From Thecamonas trahens ATCC 50062 (taxonomy: Eukaryota > Protista > Apusomonadida), in assembly GCF_000142905.1 (NCBI RefSeq), contig NW_013657630.1, positions 122,434 to 186,433 on the forward strand: a DNA stretch of 64,000 nucleotides, read 5' to 3'. The notes below the pieces were generated by a model. It did no database searches. It was given only the letters and a program-made list of their open reading frames with translations, and was not told where the DNA came from. Below are positions 50,846-59,897 of the stretch, in pieces. Position 1 is the first letter of the stretch, and each line of letters opens with the position of its first letter. A program made the translations under genes and the position numbers.

Positions 50846-51095
50846 GGCACGTGCCTTGCCAGCGCAGATGAGTCAGGTGACTCTGACTCTGGCCGTGGCC
50901 GTGGTTCTGGCCGAGGTTCTGGCCCTGATGACGGGACGGCAGTGGCTAAACGCTTTACTTGTTACCAACTCATCAAGCTAGCGGGGGGAGGGGGGGGGCA
51001 CCTCAGCGACTAGGTGGCAGCTCATCGGCCTTACTGCCGTCGGTCAAGTCCAGACTCCCATCAACGGTGTACACCGCCCCAGGCCGGGCTGGCAG

Positions 51096-52202
51096 CTACG
51101 AGAAAAAGCCTGGTCGCTTGCCAACGGCGGCGTCGGCAACAATGGTGGCGATCCATTTGCGCCGGGTGGCGGGACGCTTGCACAAGTACACCTTGCTGAG
51201 CGATCCCTTGATCACCGACTTGGGGTGCGCCTGCCAAGTCTCTACTGCGAGCGGACCGGCGGCTTCGAGCGCGGCCTGCAGGTCGGCAGGCACGACCAGG
51301 GCTTCGATGTTGTCTAGCCGCGCCCACGAACCGTCAGCCTTGGCGGCAGCAATGACGGAAGCACCGCGGGCAGTCATGCGCCCCGATGCCTCGAGCTCAG
51401 CAATGGTCCGCTTGTTGAGCGCCGACCAACCCGAGCCCGGCTTGCGCGGATGCAGGTCGACGCACCGCAGGACGCCCGGATCCAGCTTGCGAGTTGTCGA
51501 GTCGATCCAGCCAAAGCACAGTGCTTCGCGAACCAAGCCTGTCCAGTCAAGAACCTCGGCCTCAGCCACGCCACAAAATGAGGCGATCCGAGTCTGTGAG
51601 CCCTTGTACGCCATCGGCACCGCTACCGCGCCCGAGCTCTCCGCATTGACCTCCAGCCACGCTCGAAGCCGCGCTGCCGTCACCACATCTGCCAGCTCAA
51701 GGCAGGGGTACCTGCTTGAGCACAGCTCCGCCAAGCTCCGTCCCGATCCATCAGCCGCTCGCCACACAGGCCTCAGCTCCCCGCCATCGCCCTTGCTGCT
51801 GCTGCCGCCCCCTCCGCCCGATCCCGATCCGGGCCCCGATCCGGGTCCCGATCCCAGGCTCGACTCCGCCGCCACTATCTCTGTCCCCGAGCCTGCCAGA
51901 CTCGCCACGTAGTCCTCGATATGGCGTGGCTGGATGGTGCTCGGAGCCGAGTCTGAGCTCGGATCGCTGGCGGCAGCAAAGCAGACGAGGCCGTCAACAA
52001 GCGAGGCCACGACGGCCGCCAGAGCCGCCTGGGCAAAGACCACCGCCTTGGGCCCTGCCGAGGGCATCAGCGCCCGCACTCGACGGCCAGGAACGAGCGG
52101 TATCGACTCGCCGGTACACCTGCCTCCCTGCGCCTCCATATCCTCCAGCCTACACAACGACAGGTGGTGACGAGCCGCGTGCGAGCCACGGCACACCATC
52201 AT
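51096..52202 (-). CDS. YdeI/OmpD-associated family protein (bacterial-type) with an N-terminal extension
   Basis: LRAWLE.N, EALCFGWIDS, PRKPGSGWSALNK, L.ASGRMT..G......AKADGSW, VPADLQAAL, KRPATR. Intronless; the start is uncertain (ATG at 52202, 52139 or 52067). Confidence 0.85.
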   Translation of the reverse strand: MMVCRGSHAARHHLSLCRLEDMEAQGGRCTGESIPLVPGRRVRALMPSAGPKAVVFAQAALAAVVASLVDGLVCFAAASDPSSDSAPSTIQPRHIEDYVASLAGSGTEIVAAESSLGSGPGSGPGSGSGGGGGSSSKGDGGELRPVWRAADGSGRSLAELCSSRYPCLELADVVTAARLRAWLEVNAESSGAVAVPMAYKGSQTRIASFCGVAEAEVLDWTGLVREALCFGWIDSTTRKLDPGVLRCVDLHPRKPGSGWSALNKRTIAELEASGRMTARGASVIAAAKADGSWARLDNIEALVVPADLQAALEAAGPLAVETWQAHPKSVIKGSLSKVYLCKRPATRRKWIATIVADAAVGKRPGFFS

Positions 52203-52531
52203 CCCTGCCGCGTCCAAGCCCGAGTCCGAGACCCATGATCATCGCCATCATCACCATCGCATGCACTGACACATCAAGCTCACGCCACAATGTCTCATGT
52301 CGTGCTGTCATACCCGTACCAGATCACAGCGCTCTGCCCTGACCTCGTCCTGCCTTGCCGTCCTCTGCCTTGGTTGTGACATAGCCACATCCACGGTCAT
52401 GGCCACGGAACTGATTCTGATCAGCCTCGCCCTCACCCCCTCACCAACCCGACCAACTCGATTCGCATACCCATACCCATACCCCTCAACTATCCATCCA
52501 TCTCCATCATGATCCCCCCCCGCAACCAACC

Positions 52532-52680
52532 NNNNNNNNNNNNNNNNNNNNNNNNNNNNNNNNNNNNNNNNNNNNNNNNNNNNNNNNNNNNNNNNNNNNN
52601 NNNNNNNNNNNNNNNNNNNNNNNNNNNNNNNNNNNNNNNNNNNNNNNNNNNNNNNNNNNNNNNNNNNNNNNNNNNNNNNN
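52532..52680. other. Assembly gap (149 N)
   Basis: N run flanked by C-tracts. Confidence 1.
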
Positions 52681-52848
52681 TCCCCCCCCCCCCCCCCCTG
52701 CCGCTCCAACTCTCCCATTCCGAGAATGGCAACAGGCACGCACGAGATGGCGAGACGGCGAGACGGTCACCTCCCGCGCCACAAACCACCACCACACCCA
52801 TCGTCATACACCTCACTCCCCTTCTCACATATCTGTGCAGTGGCGTTG

Positions 52849-55800
52849 ATGTCGAGGGCTGCTTGTGGTGTTCGCTACTCTGGTGGTGGTGGTGGTGGTG
52901 GTGGTGTGCTGGTGGTGGTGGTCGCTCTCTTAGCTCTTGCGCTGCCTCGGACTGAAGCTGTGCTGACTCCGCCTTCTTCGCTCTCGGCTACGGCTGTGGG
53001 CCTCTCGTCGGCTACGCTCTCGTTTACTCTCCCGGCGGTGCTTCCGTGTTGCTTCTCCATTCATTACTCTGGTGATGACATCCCGGGCGCAGAGGTCATT
53101 CTCGAGCTGATGGTCGAGGAGACGTGGAGCCCGTCGACGAGCCAGTCTTTTGAGCTCAAGGCTCTGCCGTCCAACGCCTCGGTCACGGTGTGGATGGAGA
53201 GTCATGATGCGGCCGTTGGCATTGCTGGACGTAACTCGTCGGCGCCGACCTCGTCGATTGTAGTCCAGACAAAGGCTGCAGCGCTCTCGTGCAACTCGCC
53301 CATTGCCATGGCCTCATCGGCTGCGTTTGGCAACCGCTTCCGCGGCAACAACTATGTCATCGGCTCGACAGAATCCGTTCTCGTCGACTTTGGCCTTCAA
53401 CTGGATATTTCGTCGTCGATGACGATCTACTTTGCGGTGTACGAAAAGGTGTCGGGCTCAAGCGGATATGTCGAGATCTTGCGCGAATCGCGGGTGGCCG
53501 TGCCGTCGGAGGGCACATACAAGTACCACTCGGGCGGCGGTGCTCGCTCGCTTGCGCTTGTTCTCAAACCATTTGCCGAGTACGTCATCGGCTCTTTCTG
53601 GCTCGCCGAGACGCCAACGTACTTTTTCTCGTCATCGGCGCCGGCCGTTACCTCGTTCTGCTTTGGCGACCTCGACTCGGGCGCCGCCGCCAGCGTGGGT
53701 TCGGCGTCAGGGCCAACGCCGTCGTCGATCTCGCTCAGCTCGTACTACGGTATGGACGTGGTTGTTGCCGCAGCTGACTCACTGCCGCCGTCGCCGTCGC
53801 TTGCCGTCTCGCAGTTGCGGCCTGATTCAGCGGCGGTTGCGGCTGGGCCGATTGTGTTTAGCTCGCCGCTGCTCGAGTACCATGCGCTGCTCGCAACGCG
53901 GCCTGTCGGCCCGTCCTCAGTCTACCGCCGGCTTGATCTCGGTGGTACGGCCGGAACACTGGTCAAGGTTCGCGGCCTCAGCGCTGCAACCGACTACGCT
54001 GCCTTTCAGCTGGTCTCGGTCTCGAACGATGTGTCGGACCTCTCCGCGGCCGTCAATTTTACTACGCCGCCGCTGCCTGTTGTGGCGCCGGCTGCCGCGC
54101 CGACGGCCACAGTCCGTGTTGTTGGACGTTCGCTGGCCGTGACGTGGAATGAGGTCGACGCGTTTCCGACCTCACACGTTGTCGGCTACCGTGTTGCTGG
54201 CTCGAGCTCTGCGTATACCACTGTGGCACTCGGCGTGGTGTTTGAGCACTCGTTTGACCTCCTCGACTTTGAGACAACGTACGAGGTTGTAGTCACCGCG
54301 TACAACGGAATCGGCCCGTCGCCGACCTCGAGCCCGGTCGAGGGCACCATTCCGGCCCTGCTCTGCATCGACGAGCCCAATCCCGGGCTTCCAACTCGCG
54401 TCTCGACCACCTCGCGCAGCGGGTATGTGGCCAACCTGGTGGTGCCCAGCCGCCCGTTGGCACTCTCGGAAATCAAGGTCTACGCTGTGTATGACGGCAT
54501 CAAGACCCTGAGGTTCCTCGTCCGCAAGGTTGCGGACGGCGAGGTGCCGTTTGCGGCGGGCCCGCGCGACCTTAGCACTAAGCCTGCCGATGTGCTTGTC
54601 GACAAGTCGTTGGTCATCGACGCGACCGTTGCCGACTCTCCGGCGTTCAAGTCGTCAGGGCCTGTCCAGGCGCTGCTTGTTCCGGGTGAGACATACCACG
54701 TCGGAGTCATCTTCTCGTCGGCGGCCTCGCTCAAGTACATGACCGACTGCGACGAGGGCCTGTGCACCTCGGACCCGGCGAGCGCGCCAAGCGGGCTCTG
54801 CCTCAACCCTGTCGGCTCGGCTACTCGGTCCGGAGTGGCGACAACTGGCGATGCGGCGACAATTGCGACGACGTCGGTGAGCTACGGCTTTTCGCGCTAC
54901 TTTATGGAGCTCTCACTGCTTGCGCTTGCTGACGCACCGCCGACTGACCTGCGTCTCGCGGTAGGCAGCACGGTCCTGCCGACCTCGGCGCAGGTGGCGT
55001 GGAAGACGCCGCTGTCGGGCGTGCCGTCGGTCGGCTACCTTGTACAGCTCTCGACGACGTCAGCGGCCGGCCCATGGTCCGATGTCCTGTCGACGGCGAG
55101 CACGTCTGTTGAGGTGACCGGCCTCGCCGGCGGAACCACCTCGTGGCTCCGCGTTGTGGTCTCGGGCTCGACAAGCCTTGCCTCCAACACGCTGAGCGTG
55201 ACGACGCCGCCGCTGCCGGTTGCGGCGCCAGCGGCTCCGACGGGAGTCTCAGCCAGCATCAACAGCGCGACGGGCCAGCTCGACGTGGCGTTTGGAGGCT
55301 CAATCACGGCGACGTCGTACGAGCTCCGGCTTCAGTGGGTCGGGATCCAGAGCGATGTTAGTGTTGTCGACATTGGCACTGCGACCGTGGTCAACATTAC
55401 CCAGCCGTTTGCTCTGCCGAACACGGAGCTGGCAGTTGTGGTGGCGGCGGTCAATGCTGTCGGGTCGACGGCGGCGGCAGCGGTGACACTGGTCACGCCT
55501 CAGAGCTCGGTCGGGCCGCCACCTACGCCCGGGCCGGCCTCGATTATCTCTGCGTCAACTGTGCTCTCAGATCTTTGTCCGTACGGCATGCCGGCGACCG
55601 GCTCGAAATCGGGTGTGTCGCGAGTCGGCGGCGTGTACTACGCGCGCGAAGAGTTTACACTCCGGTATCTTGCGATCCAACTGTACTCGACGCAGTCAAC
55701 TGCGACGCGGAACTTGGCCGTGACCATCCGCAGCTCGACGCATGCCTCGTTTGACTTGTTTGACGTTGTTCTGTACTCGCAGTCGCACTTCTTTTCGTCG

Positions 55801-57618
55801 TCGCCAGGCCTCCTGCCGCCGAGCTCGTCGCGGTATCTGATGACCCGCGAGGCGATCAACGTCGTTATTCCGGCTGGCACTTATTATCGCATTGATGTGG
55901 CGGTGAGCTCCCTCTCGCTGGCACAATCCAACCTGTTTGAGTTTGCCAGCCAAGCGTGTAACCTGGTGACAACGTCGGCGGTGGTGCCCGTGGCGACGTA
56001 CCTTGACGATTCGAGCTCATCGTCGCGCCCGCCGCCGCCGCCGCCGCCGCCGCCGTCGCCGCCGCCGGGTGCACCGCCGTCGCCACCACCGCCGCCGCCG
56101 CTGAATATCCAAGACGTGTACTCGCAGGCACGATCGACACCTCTGGTGTTGATGCTGGCGCGTGTGAGTAGCGCGATCTACGCAGCGCCACCGCGCGATG
56201 TGCAGATCACCACGCCGTATCCGAGCTCTGCGGTGGTGACGTGGCGCGAGCCAATCTTTGGCGTGCCAGACAGCTACCGGGTGAGCTACCGGTTGACTGG
56301 CGAGTCTTTCTGGCACGAGGTGGCTGCCGACGCAGTGGCTTCGCGTGTCGAGTCGCCGTCGGCCGACGCATGCTTTGACGACGGACCCAAGCCCCTTGAG
56401 CCGGCCGCGAGTGGCGTGGCCACCCGCCACTACTACGGCGGGTGCTGGAGCCCAGAGTTTGGGTCGGACGACGACGTGTTTGACTTTTACGTCGCCGCCA
56501 ACCACAACTCGGCGTCGAGCTCGTGGGAAGTTGAGCTTGACGGTGAGACGCTGACCTCGGGTGCGCCGTCTCGGCTCTCTGGCTCGATCGGATTGCCGTC
56601 GCACTGCCCGAGCGTGAACCAAAAGTGGTTCAAGTGGTCCGGTTACACGATTGCGGCCGGGACACACAGCGTGGTGTTCAAGGAAATCTCGGGCTCGTCG
56701 TCGTCGGCGCTGACCATGGTGGTCAAGCCGAGCTCGACAGGCACCATCGCCGGGGTCTTTGCGACACGGGTGAGCGGGCTTGTGGCCGGCGGTGAGTATG
56801 AGTTCCGGGTCCACTCTGTGATGGCATCAGCCAAGAATCCGATCTCGCCTCCAGCAGCGGCTGCCGGTGGTAGCGTGCAGCTGCCTGCGGCACCGACGAG
56901 TGCGCCTGCGGCACTGCAGCTGACTCGGGCCGATGTGGCGGGTGTGCAGGCGCGGTTTGCGTGGTCGCTGGGGGCTCGGGCGCCCGAGTACGTCACCCAC
57001 GTGTCGGTGGTGATGGAGCCGGTGGCAAGCGGGCGGCGTGTCGAGATGGTGGTTGATCGCGAGGAGTGCTCGGCGGTGGTCTCGGGCCTCTCAGAGTTCA
57101 CCAGCTACCGCTACAATGTGACGGCGTACAACGCGGTCGGCGCGTCGCAGCTGGTGACCGGCGCCATGCAGACCGGTGCCGGATTCCGTACGACACCACG
57201 GTTCCGGCCGGTCTTGTCCAAAGTCGGCATTGCGCTCCTCTCGACCTTCCTCATCCTCGGCTTCCTCCTCACCTGCCTTGCTGTCAAGGCGTGCTACGAC
57301 CGCGGCGCGTTCCCGGAGGACTACGTCCGGGTGGCGCAGACCGGCGGGCCTCGCGCCAGAGCTTCGGCGTCGAGCGCTATGGTAGATCTGGAGGCGACGC
57401 CGATTCCAGCGCCGTTTCCGGCCCTGCCGGCAGGCATGAATGCTGCCATCACGTCATCTGATGACGACGTGGGCTATGGCATGGACATCTTTGACGTCAA
57501 GCCGCGAGCCCGCGCCGGCAGCATTCCGGACCCGCCGCCGCTCCCGCCCGGCAGCGATGGAGCAACGCTGCCTGCGCTCCCATCGTACGGCGAAGCCATT
57601 GATCTCAAGAACCTGTAG
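52849..57618 (+). CDS. Single-pass cell-surface protein with multiple fibronectin type III domains
   Basis: Signal-like VLVVVVALLALALPRTEA; FN3 motifs (VTW...GYRV...L...TTYEVVVTAYN..G; GLSEFTSYRYNVTAYNAVG); Pro-rich linker; TM VGIALLSTFLILGFLLTCLAV; cytoplasmic tail containing LPSY. Confidence 0.9.
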   Translation: MSRAACGVRYSGGGGGGGGVLVVVVALLALALPRTEAVLTPPSSLSATAVGLSSATLSFTLPAVLPCCFSIHYSGDDIPGAEVILELMVEETWSPSTSQSFELKALPSNASVTVWMESHDAAVGIAGRNSSAPTSSIVVQTKAAALSCNSPIAMASSAAFGNRFRGNNYVIGSTESVLVDFGLQLDISSSMTIYFAVYEKVSGSSGYVEILRESRVAVPSEGTYKYHSGGGARSLALVLKPFAEYVIGSFWLAETPTYFFSSSAPAVTSFCFGDLDSGAAASVGSASGPTPSSISLSSYYGMDVVVAAADSLPPSPSLAVSQLRPDSAAVAAGPIVFSSPLLEYHALLATRPVGPSSVYRRLDLGGTAGTLVKVRGLSAATDYAAFQLVSVSNDVSDLSAAVNFTTPPLPVVAPAAAPTATVRVVGRSLAVTWNEVDAFPTSHVVGYRVAGSSSAYTTVALGVVFEHSFDLLDFETTYEVVVTAYNGIGPSPTSSPVEGTIPALLCIDEPNPGLPTRVSTTSRSGYVANLVVPSRPLALSEIKVYAVYDGIKTLRFLVRKVADGEVPFAAGPRDLSTKPADVLVDKSLVIDATVADSPAFKSSGPVQALLVPGETYHVGVIFSSAASLKYMTDCDEGLCTSDPASAPSGLCLNPVGSATRSGVATTGDAATIATTSVSYGFSRYFMELSLLALADAPPTDLRLAVGSTVLPTSAQVAWKTPLSGVPSVGYLVQLSTTSAAGPWSDVLSTASTSVEVTGLAGGTTSWLRVVVSGSTSLASNTLSVTTPPLPVAAPAAPTGVSASINSATGQLDVAFGGSITATSYELRLQWVGIQSDVSVVDIGTATVVNITQPFALPNTELAVVVAAVNAVGSTAAAAVTLVTPQSSVGPPPTPGPASIISASTVLSDLCPYGMPATGSKSGVSRVGGVYYAREEFTLRYLAIQLYSTQSTATRNLAVTIRSSTHASFDLFDVVLYSQSHFFSSSPGLLPPSSSRYLMTREAINVVIPAGTYYRIDVAVSSLSLAQSNLFEFASQACNLVTTSAVVPVATYLDDSSSSSRPPPPPPPPPSPPPGAPPSPPPPPPLNIQDVYSQARSTPLVLMLARVSSAIYAAPPRDVQITTPYPSSAVVTWREPIFGVPDSYRVSYRLTGESFWHEVAADAVASRVESPSADACFDDGPKPLEPAASGVATRHYYGGCWSPEFGSDDDVFDFYVAANHNSASSSWEVELDGETLTSGAPSRLSGSIGLPSHCPSVNQKWFKWSGYTIAAGTHSVVFKEISGSSSSALTMVVKPSSTGTIAGVFATRVSGLVAGGEYEFRVHSVMASAKNPISPPAAAAGGSVQLPAAPTSAPAALQLTRADVAGVQARFAWSLGARAPEYVTHVSVVMEPVASGRRVEMVVDREECSAVVSGLSEFTSYRYNVTAYNAVGASQLVTGAMQTGAGFRTTPRFRPVLSKVGIALLSTFLILGFLLTCLAVKACYDRGAFPEDYVRVAQTGGPRARASASSAMVDLEATPIPAPFPALPAGMNAAITSSDDDVGYGMDIFDVKPRARAGSIPDPPPLPPGSDGATLPALPSYGEAIDLKNL

Positions 57619-57911
57619 CTTGCGCCAGGCGTCGGTTGGCGTTGGTTAGCGTCGGCGTCAAAGACTGACCTTTGCAGCGGCAAGCGCAATTTTTGCGGGG
57701 CGCGGCACGCTCAGCGGTGCGGTGGAAAAGCAAACGTGTGGGTCATCGCAGGACACGAGCCGGAGCGAGGAGGGGAAGGGAAGGGAACGGGCGAGAGGGA
57801 AGGGGAGGCTGAACAGAGGTGAGATAGAGGGTAAGACTAGGGGTGTAGCATGGGGACATGCGCAAGTACGGGCATGCGACTGAGCGTAGGCAGCAGGTGT
57901 AAGCATGTATG

Positions 57912-57943
<32 letters not shown>

Positions 57944-58095
57944 GACCGCTGGCCAGCAGCATGGCATCCGGCGAGCGGAGCTTTTTTTTGCGGCGATTCG
58001 GTGCCTGTGTCACACGTCTGAGATTGCTTTATCGACTCGGTATAGACTTTCTTGCCTCCACCCATTACTCTCGCAGTTCTCGTCTGTTTTCAGTC

Positions 58096-59679
58096 ATGGT
58101 GCATGGTGCGGACGAGCGTCCGTCCGAGCTGATCATCCATGGGCGTGTCTATGACGTTTCTGGCTTCATCAAGCGTACGTAGAGTGGAGACAGAGAGAGA
58201 GAGTGTGTGTGTGTTTGTGTGGAGGGGGTGCGGGTGCGGAAGGAGCGGGAAGAGCAACGGGCGAGGGGGCAGGGGGGGGGGTACAGGCCGTGGTGACGGG
58301 ATGGGAGGCAATGAGCAAAATGAATGTCCCGTCTGTTTTCAGGCGCACGTGACCGTAGCGGGGCGTGAGGCAGAGAGGGGCGTGGGGAGGGGCGTAGGGA
58401 GGGGCAGGCACACGAGGAGGGACTTACGGGTGCGGACAATGTATGGGGCCGGTTGGGGCGTGTGGCGTGCGCGGAAGACAGGGCACCCAGGCGGCTCGGT
58501 GATCAGGTACATGCTCGACCGTGATGCGTCGCACGCGTATGACGAGTTCCACCAGCGGTCGGAGAGCGCGGACAAGTTCCTTGCCTCGCTGCCGTCGCGG
58601 CCTGTGGAGGCGACGGATGTGCGTGTGGATCGGTCTGCGGTGATGGCGGACTATGAGAAGCTCCGGCGTGATCTTGTGGCTGAGGGCTTTTTCGAGCCGT
58701 CGCTGGTCCATGTGGTGTGGCGGTTTGCCCAGCTGGCGCTGCTCTCGGTCCTCGGCGTGTGGCTCCTCCTCAACGGGTGGGTGGTGAGTGGGGTGCTTGT
58801 GATGGGCCTGATGCAGGGGCAGTCGGGATGGCTGCAGCACGAGTGCGGGCACTACTCGCTGACGGGCAAGGTCGGGCTCGACCAGCTCCTGCACGAACTG
58901 CTGTTTGGCGTTTTCTCCTCGATGTCTGCCTCGTGGTGGCGGAAGCAGCACAACAAGCACCACGCGCGGCCGCAGCAGCTGGACGCGGACGTCGATCTGT
59001 TCACCCTCCGTTTGTGGCATTTGCCAAAGAGGTGCTTCCTGAGCAGCAGGCCTCGCTGTGGATCAAGTTCCAGGCCTTCCACTACTTCCCGATGCTGGAG
59101 ATGCTTGCCCTGTTCTGGTCGTTCTACCTCCAGCCGCGGCATGTGGTGCGGACGAAGCGGTACCGCGAGGGTGTGTTTATGGCGATGAACCACGGGTACC
59201 GGCTGGCGCTTGGTGTTGCGGCGACGGGCTCGGTGTGGGGCACGCTTGCGGTGTACTTTGGCATCCAGACGGTGCAGGCCATGTATCTTTTTGGCCATTT
59301 TACCGTCTCGCACACGCACCTCCCCGTCCTTGCGGCCGACGAGGACTTGTGCTGGGTGGAGCACACGCTGCGGACGACGATGAACATCGAGTCGTCGTGG
59401 TGGTGCGACTGGATCATGGGCTACCTCAACCTCCAGATCGAGCACCACCTGTTCCCGTCGATGCCGCAGTTCCGCTTCTCGCAGGTCTCGCCGCGGATCC
59501 GGGCGCTGGCCGAGAAGCACGGCATCCCGTACCTCGAGGACTCGTACGTCAACGCTTTTTACCGTACCATTGCCAACCTGCACCACGTGGGCCAGTCGGC
59601 CGGCGAGGCGCAGAACAAGACCGTCTCGTACGACGCCGTGCCCAATGTCACGGCTCTCAAGCGCAACTTGCACTCTTAG
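58096..59679 (+). CDS. Cytochrome b5-fused front-end fatty acid desaturase (Delta5/Delta6-like), 2 exons (58096..58174, 58482..59679), apparent frameshift at 59008-59009
   Basis: GRVYDVSGF.R/HPGG and His boxes HECGH, HNKHH and QIEHH. Phase-1 GTACGT...CAG intron. Adding one C restores DVDLFTLPFVAF. Confidence 0.92.
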
Positions 59680-59897
59680 GCGGCTGCCTTGCGACGCCGT
59701 CTTTCAGGGGCGCAGTTGCCGGTGGCGGGTATGGGCAGTGGCCTTTGTGCGGGCCACTTGCATCAGTAGCCGCAACTCTTTCAGCAATTCCCTCTTTCTC
59801 TCTTTGTCTTTTCCCGGCTCGATTTGCCTCTGCTTGGCCGGCGTTAAACGCACGTCTTATTTGGCGGCCGCGGGAAGCGGGTGTGGGAGGAGCGAGG

